DNA of 64,000 nucleotides from Octopus sinensis (GCF_006345805.1 NC_043000.1:149358001-149422000); one strand, 5' to 3'. Shown: positions 27,000-39,600, numbered from the stretch's first letter. The notes: generated by a model not told the origin, from the letters alone. Program-made: numbers and translations.

Positions 27000-27212
27000 T
27001 TGTGTGTCTGTGTTTGTCCCCCTAGCATTGCTTGACAACCGATGCTGGTGTGTTTACGTCCCCGTCACTTAGCTGTTCAGCAAAAGAGACCGATAGAATA
27101 AGTACTAGGCTTACAAAGAATAATTCCCGGGATCGATTTGCTTGACTAAAGGCGGTGCTCCAGCATGGCCGCAGTCAAAATGACTGAAACAAGTAAAAGA
27201 GAAAAAAAGAAA
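26793..27212 (+). mobile_element. SINE family A
   Basis: Full head and tail; nearly identical to the 25778 copy. Confidence 0.9.
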
Positions 27213-27497
27213 GAGAAGTAGTAAAAATACTGACAGAATAAACTGGTGATATTAGAAAGATGTTGTAAGATATCAAAAAATATATCAAAATCCATCAAAT
27301 ATATCTGAAAATGTACAAAATGTACAAAAAATATCTGACAAGATACATAAAAAGATAAATAGTAATCGGTTACAAAGAGGTAAAAAGCAAAGTGAAAATG
27401 TAAAGAATAAAATAAAATGAAATGAAGTGAAAAGTGGGATGGAAGTTAAAAATGAAATACGAAGAAAAATTATAGTAATAGTAATAATATAATAATA

Positions 27498-27945
27498 TCA
27501 TCATCATCATCGTTTAGCGTCCGCTTTCCATGCTAGCATGGGTTGGATGATTCAACTGGGGTCTGGGAAGCCAGAAGGCTGCACCAGGCCCAGTCTGATC
27601 TGGCAGTGTTTCTACAGCTGGATGCCCTTCCTGATGCCAACCACTCCGTGAGTGTAGTGGGTGCTTTTTACGTGCCAGACGAGTCTGGCAAACAGCCACG
27701 ATCGGATGGTGCTTTTTACGTGCCACCGGCACGGGGGCCAGGCGAGGCTGGCAAACGGCCACGATCGGATGGTGCTTTTTACGTGCCACCGGCACGGGGG
27801 CCAGGCAAGGCTGGCAACGGCCATGAACGGATGGTGCTTTTTACGTGCCACCGGCACGAGGCCAGTCGGGGCGGTGCTGGCAACGGCCACGTTTGGATGG
27901 TTCTCTTACGTGCCACCGGCACTAGTATCACAGCTGCAATTTCCA
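27498..27945 (-). mobile_element. RTE-type 3' UTR fragment with tandem ~60-bp units
   Basis: (CAT)n tail and repeated ggatggtgctttttacgtgccaccggcacg. Confidence 0.85.
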
Positions 27946-28129
27946 TTGGGGAGATTTCAAGTCTATCCACTTGTATAAATTATACTCCTATTTTAATTGT
28001 TCAGGAAGTGGGATATGAAGTTAAAAAATGTCTAGGTTCCTATCTACTCATGATTACTAGTATAATATCATTATAAACATTATTGAAGTTATTAGTGTTG
28101 GCTAATAGGACCTATGTGTATCGTAGTGA

Positions 28130-28870
28130 ATTCTAAATTTTAGAATCAATAACAAAAGTATTTAGATATGTTCTCTATAGATAAATCTAAAGTCCTTGGA
28201 TTGTTTATTACGTGTGTATTATATGGGGTCAGAATCTAGCTAGGTGAAAGTAAACCGAATAAGTAAGTAGTTGGGGTAACCCCAGGAGTTGTTAGTTTAA
28301 TGCCTGAATAGTGGCAGGAGGGAGCAGATGATGGAACTTCCAATGAAAGAAGATCATGAAAGGATTAAAATAGATAATGGAGACTTAAGGCTTATAGTAT
28401 TTAAAGGTTTTAGTCAATTTACGCATACAAGTTGGTTTGAATTCAGATCTTTTATTAACTAGCTTGTCCTTATCAGGGAATCTAATGATTTTCAAGAGTT
28501 CTAAGGCACGTAACTGGCAACCAGTTCTATTATTTTTATAAATCGCTGCCGATCCAACTATGGACCATCTAAGGTTAAAGTTAATAGTTTTGTCTTTAAG
28601 TTCCCATATCCTACGCGATAAGGAAGTGCTATTAGCCTTATGTATGAGTCTAAAAGATGACCTATGGTTATAAAACCTAGATTTCCAGATGGATGAACAA
28701 CCAATGTAGGTGAGAGTATTTGATTCCGTAATTATTTCACAAGTTTAGACTATGTTTTTGCTAGGCAGTTTCCACGTAAAGGACATGTTGTTGTTGTTAC
28801 ACAATTGCACCCAAATTTATAATTTCCAGACCGTCTGTTATTTGCACGTGGAGGATAAATGTTGATAGAA
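28130..28870 (-). mobile_element. Penelope-like GIY-YIG fragment
   Basis: Translations include CNC...CPLRGNCL, TYIG...KSRFYNH and IWELKD...RWSI. Confidence 0.75.
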
Positions 28871-28879
28871 TTGATCAAC

Positions 28880-29782
28880 ATACACGACAGAGTGCAAGTG
28901 TCTTGAGAGAAAAGTTGGACATAAGAAGCATCAAGTGTGGTGTGCAAGAGAGACGACTGCACTGGTATGGTCATGTGTTAGGTATGGATGAGGAGAGCTG
29001 TGTGAGGAAGTGCCACACCCTAACTGTGAAAGGAACCTGTGGAAGAGGTAGACCCAGGAAGACATAGGATAAGATGGTGAAGCATGACCTTTTAACATTG
29101 GGCCTCACAGAGGCAATGACAGGAAGCCGAGACCTTTAGAGATATGCCATAGTTGAGAAGACCCGGAAACTAAAGTGAGATCACAGCCATGGCCAATGCC
29201 AGTGTTACATGTCCGGCCTATTTAAGAGTACCCTTGATGCACTGGGTGATATATGCTTGAGAAGACCTCTTGAGTCAGGAAAATCCAAAATCGTAGCTGT
29301 TGTCAGTACCCTTGACTGGCTCCCGTTCCCATGGCACATAAAATGCATCATCTGAACGTAGTTAATGCCAGTGCCCCCGACTGGCTCCCATGCTAGTGGC
29401 ACATAAAAAACACCATCCAAATGTGGTCGATGTTAGGTCTGCCTGACTGGCTCCTGTGCTGGTGGCACGTAAAAAGCACCATCCTAACATGGCCAGTGCC
29501 AGTACCCCTTGACTGGATCCTGTGCCAGTTGCACGTAAAAAGCACTACCTGAATGTGATCAATGCCAGGCCCGCCTAATTGGCTCCTGTGCTGATGGCAC
29601 GTAAAAAGCACCCATTACACTCTCAGAGTGGTTGGTGTTAGGAAGGGAATCCAGCTGTTGAAACATTGCCAGATCAGATTGGAGCCTGGTGCAACTGCTG
29701 GGCCTCCAGACCTCAGTCAAACCGGCCAATCCATACCAGCATAGAAAACGGATGTTAAACGATGATGATGATGATGATGATG
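28880..29782 (+). mobile_element. 5'-truncated RTE LINE (ORF C-terminus plus complete 3' UTR)
   Basis: RRLHWYGHV...GRGRPRKT motif, followed by the tandem-unit UTR and (GAT)n. Confidence 0.88.
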
Positions 29783-29959
29783 GTAAATATATAAACAAAC
29801 AACAAGAGGAAGTGCAGAACAAATGTATTCACTTGAATCTCAGTAAAAAGTGAGAGTTTCAAGCATAGTTCTTCATTGCAAAGGAAAATGGGAAAAGTAC
29901 AGATAAGGAAAAGAAATGACTAACAACACGTGTGTAGTTACAGCACATGCAATTGCGTA

Positions 29960-30262
29960 CAACCATATTTAACACTGAACACTGAACACCTTTTTGATCT
30001 CCATGTGTCTAACACACGTGGACATGCCTACAAAGTCAGAAAACAATACAGCTCCCATGACTTTCGGAAACATTTTTTCACGCTCAGGGTTGCTGAAGCG
30101 TGGAATAAACTGCCTGCATCAGTTGTTGACTGCCATGACACTGCATCCTTTAAGGCCCTCATGCTTCCCGAAATCCGTCGAAACTACACCTGATTATATA
30201 TACACTTTAGATGAGTTGTAGTGCACCTGAGCACTGTACACAATTATTATTATTATTATTAT
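29960..30262 (+). mobile_element. CR1-type LINE 3' end
   Basis: TRGH...RKHFFTLRVAEAWNKLPASVV, followed by an (ATT)n tail. Confidence 0.85.
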
Positions 30263-30282
30263 TAATATTTATAAATATTTAT

Positions 30283-30313
<31 letters not shown>

Positions 30314-30472
30314 TTCGATGGGAGAGGTGGGGAAGCCAACCAACTAAGGGATAGTACGTATCCAATATACTGCTGGTAGTGTACCCAATTATTAATACCC
30401 AAGTGGCAATTTCGCAATTGAGTGTCATATATGGGTGGGGGTAAAAAGTGGCTTACCCTTAATTTATAAGGC

Positions 30473-31300
30473 AAAAAAGAAAATGGAAGGGACACAAAAA
30501 TGACATACATCAGCCTGTAGACATTCTATTATGTCTATTTATTCTAAAACATAAGGAAGTATTATAAGAATACATACACATGCAAAGACTGTGTTACACA
30601 CATATGTTCTAATACATAAAAGAGTAAAAGATCAGTTCCTTACGGCTGTTTCTGCCAAGAGGCCACGATATCCTCTATGCTATATCCATCTCTTCAGTGT
30701 TCTGTAGGGATGGGTAGATAAAGTTTGGATGTTGAGTGTGCCTCTAGGCTTCTTCAGAGGGTCTAAATGGTTAGGAGAGCCAATACATACGAGAATCAGT
30801 TACCAATAGGTACAGTATATTTTTGTTATTGAAGTGGGCGTAAGAAGAACAGGAGCAAAACTTAGAGTGTGTGAGGAGTACAACTTAGTAAAATGGATTA
30901 TGTATAGGAAAGGGAGATAAGTCATAGCCTTCCTGATTCATGTTATTTCATCCATTGGTGAATAGGTGGATATAGTCGTTCTTCGGAGGAATTTTTTTAG
31001 GAAGGGTGAATTTAAGCAGTGGTTCTTATTTTGTTTACATATAAATACAAACTTTATCTACCCATCCCTACAGAACACTGAAGAGATGGAGATAGCATGG
31101 AGGATATCATGGCCTCTTGGCAGAAACAGCCGTAAGGAACTGATCTTTTACTCTTTTATGTATTAGAACATATGTGTGTAACACAGTCTTTGCATGTGTA
31201 TGTATTCTTATAATACTTCCTTATGTTTTAGAATAAATAGACATAATAGAATGTCTACCGACTGATGCATGTCATTTTTGTATCCCTTCCATTTTCTTTT
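30473..31300. mobile_element. ~255-bp inverted repeat (30473-30727 vs 31048-31300) of PLE pLTR-like sequence with hammerhead core
   Basis: The arms are reverse complements. Each carries CTGAAGA...GAAACagccGTA (31078-31134 on +). Confidence 0.8.
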
Positions 31301-31309
31301 ATATATATA

Positions 31310-31925
31310 GCATCATCATCATCATCATCATCATCATCATTGTTTAACGTCCGCTTTCCATGCTAGCATGGGTTGGACGATTTGACTGAGAACTGGCGAA
31401 CCAGATGGCTGCACCAGGCTCCAATCTTGATCTGGCAGTGTTTCTACAGCTGGATGATGCCCTTCCTAACGCCAACCACTCCGAGAGTGTAGTGGGTGCT
31501 TTTACGTGCCACCGGCATGGGGGCCAGTCAATCGGTACTGGTAACGGCCACGCTCAAATGGTGATTTTTACATGCCACCAGCACAGGAGCCAGTCCAGCG
31601 GCACTGGCAATGACCTCACTTGAATGTTTTTTCACGTGCCACCGGCACAAGTGCTAGTAAGGTGATGCTGGAAATGATCAAACTCGAATTGTGCTTTTTA
31701 CATGCCACCGGCACGGAAGCCAGGTTGTTGCTCTGGAACGATCACGCTCGGATGATGCTCTTAGCACTCCACTAGCATAGATGCCAGTCATCGAATTTGA
31801 TTTCAATTTCACTTGCCTCAACAGGTCTTCGCAAGCAGAGTTTAGTGTCCAATGAAGGAAAGGTACGCATAAGTGGGCTGGTTACACCCCTGACATAGTC
31901 CACGAGGTTATGGTCTCACTTGGCT
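31310..31925 (-). mobile_element. RTE-type 3' UTR fragment
   Basis: (CAT)n tail and tandem units. Confidence 0.8.
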
Positions 31926-33456
31926 TGGACAAAAAATGGAAGCACCTTAAAATTACAAATAAATTCATTTTCATATGGGGTAGGACCGCCTTTGGCCGTA
32001 ATTACAGCTTGAATTCTACGGGGTATGGACTTGTACGAAGTCTGAATTGTTTCCAAAGGAATTTTTGTCCATTCTTCAGCTAAAACAGTCTCCCGTTCTT
32101 GTAGTGATGATGGTGGAGGATATTGACTCCTTACTTGTTTTTCTAAAATGCACCATAAATGTTCAATAATATTGAGATCTGGGGACTGTGGTGGCCAGAT
32201 AAGATGTTCAACTTCACTAGAAAGTTCCTTGTGCCATTCAGTAACAACTTTAGCTGTGTGAATTGGTGCATTATCATCCTGAAAGATTACGTTTCTCTCC
32301 GGAAACAGTTCTGAAACCATAGGATGAATTTGATCAGATAAAATGCTTAAACAATTGCAGCGTGGAAGGTGTTTGTAAGCCATTTAAGAAACACACAAAA
32401 GCCGTTCGATTCACTTCAACATTTAAGTTTAATTTGTCAAAATATTTTCGTAGCTAAAGTCCGCGACCTGTTCACAGGTCGCGGTCTTATAGTGACGAAA
32501 ATATTTTGACATATTAAACTTATATATTGAAGTGAATCAAACGGCTTTTGTGTGTTTCTTAAATGGCTTACAAACACCTTCCACGCTGCAATTGTTTTCA
32601 TTCCAGCACACGATCTCAGATCAAATCACTTGCTATGCGAGTACATCTCCGTAATGCTTAAATAGTCTTGACTATTAATTTTGCCATGAAGAGAAACCAT
32701 TGGGCTGGCAGATTTCCAAGATATAGCCCCACTGCTAGATCATTACAGATCCTCCTCCATGTTTAACAGTTAGAAGAAGGCAGTCTGGGTCACATGCTTC
32801 TTTTGGCTGTCTCCACATGTATACTTGGCCTGTGGTCAGAAATAAGGAAAAGGATGACTTGTCTGAGAAAATAACATTCATCCACTTCTCTAGGGACCAA
32901 TTCTGTAGGTTTTTATGCCAATCTAAATGCTTTGCAACGTTTGTTTTTGAAAGTAGTTGTTTTCTGATTGCAGCCCTCCCATGAAATCTGGCTTGGTGTA
33001 GCTCCCAGCAAACAGTTTTTGTGGAAACTTTGTTCTTGATGTGGTCATTAAGTTCTGCAGTAATTTTGTGATCCTTTCTAAGTATTCATGTAAGGGTCCA
33101 ACCTGAAAGTTTTGGTTTTCTTTTGGAGTTTTGTTTCCACAAGGAGGTTTTTCCTTCTTTCTCAAAGGCTGTCATTACTTTTGAGACAGTACTTCTTGAT
33201 ACACCAATCATTTTGGCTGTTTTCATTATGCTAGCATCTGCCATATGAGTACCAGCAATTTGACCTCTTTGAAAGTCCGATAGATCTGTCATTTGAATGA
33301 ATTCTAATTACCTTTTCCTGATGATATCTGAAAAGAAACAGCAATTTTAGCAGAACATATTAAGCAGCACTAATAATAAATAAAAAAAACATAAAAATAA
33401 ACAAGCAAAATTATGATGCTATGATACTAGGTGTTTCCATTATTTTGTCCAACCCC

Positions 33457-33458
<2 letters not shown>
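31925..33458 (-). mobile_element. Decayed Tc1-family transposon
   Basis: N-terminal LSDFQRGQI HTH region, FQDDNAPIH and WPPQSPDLNIIEHLW. TIR ttggacaaaa(t)aatggaa.cacc at both ends, clipped on the left. Confidence 0.9.
32352..32652. mobile_element. Hairpin insertion inside the Tc1 element with a 10-bp target duplication
   Basis: A ~240-bp palindrome plus ~60 bp of unpaired sequence. aatgcttaaa occurs at 32342-32351 and 32653-32662. Confidence 0.8.
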
Positions 33459-33514
<56 letters not shown>

Positions 33515-33524
33515 ATATATATAT

Positions 33525-33990
33525 TTGGAGATATGCAGTGTAGTGTTTAAAAAGACCTGGCAAGCCAAGTGAGATCATAGCCATGGCCAGTGCCAGTGTC
33601 GCATAACCAGGCCATTTAAAAGTACCATTCAATTGTCAGGCAATATTCTGTGCTAGAGAAGACCTGTCAAGTGAAATCCTAGTAGTGGTTGATGCCAGTG
33701 CCAGTAGCACATAAAAAGCACCATTCAAGTGTGGGCAATGCCAGTGCTGGTGAAATGTTAAAAGCACCGTTTGATGCCAGACCCACCTGACTGGCTCCTG
33801 TGCTGGTGGCATGGTAAAAAGCATCCACTGTGCTCTTGGAGTGGTTGGCGTTAGGAAGGGTATCCATCTGTAGAAACCTTGTCAGATCAGATTGGAGCCT
33901 GATGCAGCCTGCTGGCTTACCAGTCTGCAGCCAAACTGTCCAATCCATGGCAGCATGGAAAGCAGACATTAAACATTGATGATGATGATA
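33525..33990 (+). mobile_element. RTE-type 3' end/UTR fragment, diverged
   Basis: Homologous to 29140-29782. Confidence 0.75.
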
Positions 33991-34002
33991 TATGTATGTG
34001 TA

Positions 34003-34213
34003 CAGGCAGTGAGCTGGCAGAAACGTTAGCACGCTGGGTGAAATGCGTAGCCGTATTTCGTCTGCCGTTATGTTCTGAGTTCAAATTCCGTTGAGGTCGA
34101 CTTTGCCTTTCATCCTTTCGTGGTCGATAAATTAAGTACCAGTTATGCACTGGGGTCGATGTAATTGACTTATTCCGTTTGTCTGTCCTTGTTTGTCCCC
34201 TCTGTGTTTAGCC
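34003..34213 (+). mobile_element. tRNA-derived Nin-domain SINE, family D
   Basis: Head ggcagtgagctggcagaa...gagttcaaattcc, a Nin-like ctttcatcctttcgtggtcgataaattaagtaccag, and tail tgtctgtccttgtttgtcccctctg...taaagaaa. Confidence 0.85.
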
Positions 34214-34680
34214 CCTTGTGGGTGGTAAAGAAATATATATATATATATGTACACACACACACACACGCAATCGTGTGCAACCATATCTAATGTTTGTGGA
34301 CATGGGAATGCCATTCAGTGCAGAAATAGTCCTGGAGTAAAATTCTCCTCGCAGACAAAATGTGTCAAACACATTAGGCTTTGAATGATGTCATCAGACT
34401 GTGTGATGCATGTATTTTTAGATCATTGTCTGTCATCAGCTATGAATACGAAGTTTGTCCTTCTCTGCCCCATAAGAACAATAGTTGATATTCATAAGAA
34501 CAATAAACATTACATTTGTGATTGTAAATGCTGCAGTTACTGTTTAACAAAGGGTTAAGTGATAAAATATTCATTAGTTCTCAGATATGCTTCTGTTGTT
34601 GCTTTTTGCTGGAATAGTTCTTGTTTTAATGTGGGTTTTTTTTTTGTTTAAAGTTCTTGAAGTTAAATTATAGATGTCAA

Positions 34681-35062
34681 CTAGCAGTATCGCCCGGCGT
34701 TGCTCAGGTTTGTAAGGGAAATAACTATAAAGCATTTTTAAAGAGTTATAGCCAAAAAACAGCAAAAAAATGGAAAAAAATTATGGTAAATTTATTTTTA
34801 GTTAAAAAAGGTGGAGTTGCGTCCCCTAGACAGTTTGTGGTTCGTGTTTCTGATTGTCGACCCCATGTCGAATTTATCGATTTTTTTCAGAACTGGGGGA
34901 ACTTTTCAAAATTTTCGCTGCGTTAGTTTTGAATTATGGCATTGGGCTATGTGTGTGTCAAGTTTCATCAGAATCGGTTGAAAGCCGTGGTCAGGGTGAG
35001 GGTACAAGCAAACAGACACACAGAAACACGCACAGACAAACTGCCGTTTATATAGAGAGAGA
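34681..35062 (-). mobile_element. Non-autonomous Helitron
   Basis: On the minus strand: 5' TC, subterminal hairpin, 3' CTAG, and A|T insertion. The 3' end matches 26410-26645. Confidence 0.8.
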
Positions 35063-35209
35063 TGATTGAATATCATATTGAGTTAAATCTGTCTCGATAC
35101 GACAAAGCAATTCTCCACATCAGACACAATACCTGAATAGAATGTTTCACAGGTTACTATGACATTGTTATCCTGGACTGATTTCAAACTACAAAACCCA
35201 TTTGCATTT

Positions 35210-35740
35210 TTGCCAGCCTGGCCTGGCTCCCGTGCCGGTGGCACATAAAAAGCACCATCCGATCGTGGCCATTGCCAGCCTCGCCTGGCCCCCGTGCCAG
35301 TGGCACGTAAAAAGCACCATCCGATCGTGGCCGTTGCCAGCCTCACCTGGCCCCTGTGCCGGTGGCACGTAAAAAGCACCATCCGTCCGTGGCCATTTGC
35401 CAGCCTCGCCTGGCCCCCGTGCCGGTGGCACGTAAAAAGCACCATCCGTCCGTGGACGTTTGCCAGCTCCGTCTGGCACCTGTGCAGGTGGCACGTAAAA
35501 AGCACCATCCGTCCGTGGACGTTTGCCAGCTCCGTCTGGCACCTGTGCAGGTGGCACGTAAAAAGCACCCACTACACTCATGGAGTGGTTGGCGTTAGGA
35601 AGGGCATCCAGTCGTAGAAACACTGCCAGATCAGACTGGGCCTGATGCAGCCTTCTGGCTTCACAGACCCCAGCTGAACCGTCCAACCCATGCTAGCATG
35701 GAAAGCGGATGCTAAATGATGATGATGATGATGATGATGA
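35210..35740 (+). mobile_element. RTE-type 3' UTR fragment with six tandem units
   Basis: Repeated gtgccggtggcacgtaaaaagcaccatccg units and a (GAT)n tail. Confidence 0.85.
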
Positions 35741-35900
35741 ACAGTATTTTAAGGGGACAAATCTGCAATAGGGGAACTGATGAAAAATTATCTGCAGTCA
35801 TAATGTAAGTTCTTTTTAAAATTCAAATATTTATAATATTCATGTCATGCCATTATATATCAACAAAACTAATTCAATGACTATTTTTATATAATTACAG

Positions 35901-35962
35901 GAATTCCATTTACAGACCAGGAATTTATAGAAAGGATTAAGCTTAAACTGATAGGACCCTAT
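35901..35962 (+). CDS. Coding exon 2 (62 nt) of HtrL/YibB-like gene: (R)IPFTDQEFIERIKLKLIGPY
   Basis: Acceptor ttacag|, donor |GTAAGA, open frame. It enters in phase 1 and exits in phase 0, which bridges exons 1 and 3 exactly. Confidence 0.65.
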
Positions 35963-36074
35963 GTAAGAATTTTTGAAATTTCTTCTCAACATATTGTTTC
36001 AGTTAAAAAAAGGAAAGAAAGAAAAAATTAAACCATAAAAATCAGAATAGTGTTGCATTATTTTTTTGATATAA

Positions 36075-36190
36075 ATATCAACTATTTATCAAATATTTAA
36101 ATATCAACTATATATCAAATAAATATCCAACTATATATCAAATATATAAATATCAACTATATATCAAATAAATATCAATTATATATCAAA
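36075..36190. repeat. Short AT-rich tandem repeat (atatcaactatatatcaaat, ~5 units)
   Basis: Read directly from the sequence. Confidence 0.75.
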
Positions 36191-36192
36191 TA

Positions 36193-36578
36193 CTCTTTTA
36201 CTTGTTTCAGTCATTTGACTGCGGCCATGCTGGAGCACCACCACCTTTAATCGAGCAACTCGACCCCGGGACTTATTCTTTTGTAAGCCCAGTACTTATT
36301 CTATCGGTCTCTTTTGCCGAACCGCTAAGTAACGGGGACATAAACACACCAGTATCGGTTGTCAAGCAATGCTAGGGGAACAAACACAGACACACACACA
36401 TGTATACGTATATACGACAGGCTTCTTTCAGTTTCCGTCTACCAAATCCACTCACAAGGCTTTGGTCGGCCCGAGGCTATAGTAGGAGACACTTGTCCAA
36501 GGTGCCACGCAGTGGGACTGAACCCGGAACCATGTGGTTGGTAGACAAGCTACTTACCACACAGCCACTCCTGCACCT
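36193..36578 (-). mobile_element. SINE family A
   Basis: Reverse complement of the family A head and tail. Confidence 0.9.
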
Positions 36579-37343
36579 ATATCTGTACTATTATGCAAAG
36601 ATGATGACCTGTAATGGGTTGAGATCCATGACAATCGCTGGCCATGATTCTATCATTCCCAAAAGTTATGTACTGTGATAACAGCCTTTGGGCAGCTATG
36701 TGATGTACCAGCATTACCTATTTCATCTATATACTCTGTCTTGGTTGAAGCACATATCCTTCCACATACCAACCAGAGTCTCTTTCAGCTCTTCCTTTGA
36801 AGGTCTATGGAAGCCTCTTAATTTTATGTAAAACACTGGTATGTTACCTTGTGCCTCACTCTTTCCTTGGTGAAAATCTTTGGACAAGAAGGCAGTATGC
36901 TTTCTGACATAGTTAGCATCTCATTTTCTTTTAGATGGTTCAAGTTCAGTTGTTCCTTTTGTCCTACCACATCAGCAAATGATAGAAATTGTTGTTGCTG
37001 TTGTTGTTGTTAGTTTTGTTACCTTTGCCTCTTGAACTGTTTATTTTCATCATTCGAAAAAATGTTTCCAATACTGTGCACCTTCTGATGTACAATGTAG
37101 ATGTCTTACTTCAAAGTTCCATCTGTGTGTTTGATTTTTGTTTTTGTTTTTGTTTGAATATATTTTGGGGGCGTGTTTGTTTGCATTACAGCAACAGCCA
37201 GTATGGTAAGCATCATAACCTACCATCTTTGAGGCAACGAATGAGTAAATGTTGCAAATGAAAATTTGTAAAAAAATGTATAAAGCAATTTAAAATGTCC
37301 TAAGACAAACCTTTTCTTTACTCCAGGTAATGAAATAGACATA

Positions 37344-37516
37344 TAGGCGCAGGAGTGGCTGTGTGGTAAGTAGCTTGCTAACCAACCACATGGTTCCGGG
37401 TTCAGTCCCACTGCGTGGCATCTTGGGCAAGTGTCTTCTACTATAGCCTCGAGCCGACCAAAGCCTTGTGAGTGGATTTGGTAGGCGGAAACTGAAAGAA
37501 GCCTGTCGTATATATG

Positions 37517-37551
<35 letters not shown>

Positions 37552-37765
37552 TTTTGTGTCTGTGTTTGTCCCCCTATCATTACTTGACAACCGATGCTGG
37601 TGTGTTTACGTCCCCGTCACTTAGCGGTTCGGCAAAAAGAGACCGATAGAATAAGTACTGGGCTTACAAAGAATAAGTCCTGGGGTCGATTTGCTCGACT
37701 AAAGGCGGTGCTCCAGCATGGCTGCAGTCAAATGACTGAAACAGGTAAAAGAGTAAAAGAGAGAG
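37344..37765 (+). mobile_element. SINE family A
   Basis: Full head and tail. Confidence 0.9.
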
Positions 37766-37842
37766 TATTCAAATGTTCCCGAGATATTTAGTAGCTAAAA
37801 GAACAACACCCCCTCTACCTGCTGCTACTACTAAATAATAAT

Positions 37843-38059
37843 CCTTTCTACTGAAGGCACAATGCCTGAAATTTGTGGGGAGGGGACAAGTTGATTACAT
37901 TAACCCCAGTGTTCAACTGGTACTTAATTTATTGACTCCGAAAGGATGAAAGGCTAAGTTGACCTTGGCAGGATTTGAAATCAGGACGTAGCAACAGACG
38001 AAATACTGCTGAGCATTTCACCCAGTGTGCTAACGATTCTGCCAGCTCGCTCGCCACCT
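37843..38059 (-). mobile_element. Nin-domain SINE, diverged, with a different tail from family D
   Basis: ccgaaaggatgaaaggc...ttctgccagctcgc head region. Confidence 0.75.
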
Positions 38060-38127
38060 TAATAATAATAATAATAATAATAATGATAATAATGATAATA
38101 ATAATAATAATAATGATAATAATAATG

Positions 38128-38164
<37 letters not shown>

Positions 38165-38258
38165 TAATAATAATAATATTGATAATAATAATAATAATAA
38201 TAATGATAATAATAATAATGATAATATAATAATAATGATATTGATAATAATAATAATG

Positions 38259-38291
<33 letters not shown>

Positions 38292-38512
38292 GTAATATAA
38301 TAATAATAATAATGATAATAATAATAATAATAACAACAACAACAACAACAACAATAATAATAATAATAACAACAACAACAACAATAATAATAATAATAAT
38401 AACAACAACAACAACAACAATAATAATAATAATGATAATAATAATAAAAATAATGATAATAATAATAACGATAATAATAATAATAATAATAATGATAATA
38501 ATAATAATAATG

Positions 38513-38552
<40 letters not shown>

Positions 38553-38646
38553 TAATAATAATGATAATAATAATAACAATAGTAATAATAATAATAATGA
38601 TAATAATAATAATAATAATAATAATAATATAATAATAATAATAATA
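38060..38646. repeat. (TAA)n/(CAA)n microsatellite
   Basis: Read directly from the sequence. Confidence 0.95.
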
Positions 38647-38811
38647 CATTGCACTGCATTGAAATAATTCTTTCATTTTGAGCTATTTCTGTATTTATAT
38701 ATTTCAAATATAAAATGCAATAACAAAGTTGTAGAGCTTGCCTACTCCATGGAATATCTACGGTTCCAGCTAGTTATAACTATTAGTATAATTATTAAGG
38801 TGGCTAGCTGG

Positions 38812-39445
38812 ATTTGCCCCATGAAAAAAACTGGTGGGAACACAAACCACCCCCAGTGCTTGAAAATGACCACATCTCACTCCTCTGGAACTTCACCATT
38901 CAAACTGACAGAAAGATAGATGCAAATAGGCCAGACATCATATTGAAAGACTTCAAACAAAGAACATGCCTCCTCATTGATATGACTGTCCCAATCGATA
39001 TAAACGTATCTGTCAAGACCTACCAAAAACTGAGCAAATATAAAGATCTTGAAATAGAAATCAGCAAAATGTGGAACCTGAAGACTAAAACAATACCTGT
39101 TGTCATAGGTGCCCTGGGAATGATAGCAAAAGGGGCTGATTGCTACCTAACTCAGATACCAGGAAACCCCAAAATGGCAGAAATTCAAAAGATAGTGCTC
39201 ATGGGAACTGCTCATATCCTATGCAAAATACTTTCTATGTAATCTCAAGATTTAAAACAAACATAATTTTCGGTTTACAAAAAAAAAAAGCTTTTTTTAG
39301 ACATTCATTATTACAACCCCCCCCCCCAATATATGGCACACTAGGCATAACAACAACATGAACTTCCAACCCTGTTGTCTCTTGAGGTCTCTGGGTGAGA
39401 CTTGGAGCCAACTTGTACAAATATAAAGCAAAAGTCAAACATAGA
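38812..39445 (+). mobile_element. 3' fragment of an R4/Dong-type non-LTR retrotransposon (restriction-like endonuclease)
   Basis: LWNFTIQTDR...NRPDII...LIDMTVP...KY.DL...PVVIGALG is a PD-(D/E)xK RLE domain. The fragment ends in (TAA)n. Confidence 0.85.
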
Positions 39446-39600
39446 ATAATAATAATAATAATGATAATAATAATAATAGTAATAATAATAATAATCATGA
39501 TAATAATAATAATAATAATAATGATAATAATAATGATAATAATAATAATAATGATAATAATAATAATAATAATAATAATGATAATAATAATAATGATAAT

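Noticed and set aside
25778-27212. Local segmental duplication suggested by two near-identical SINEs
   Set aside because: The flanks differ, so independent insertions of one young subfamily explain it more simply.
35210-35575. CRISPR-like repeat-spacer appearance
   Set aside because: The intervening segments are homologous to each other, the array lies in an RTE 3' UTR, no cas genes are present, and the context is eukaryotic.
37929-38707. Poly-L/I/Y ORFs over 200 aa
   Set aside because: They are translations of the (TAA)n microsatellite.
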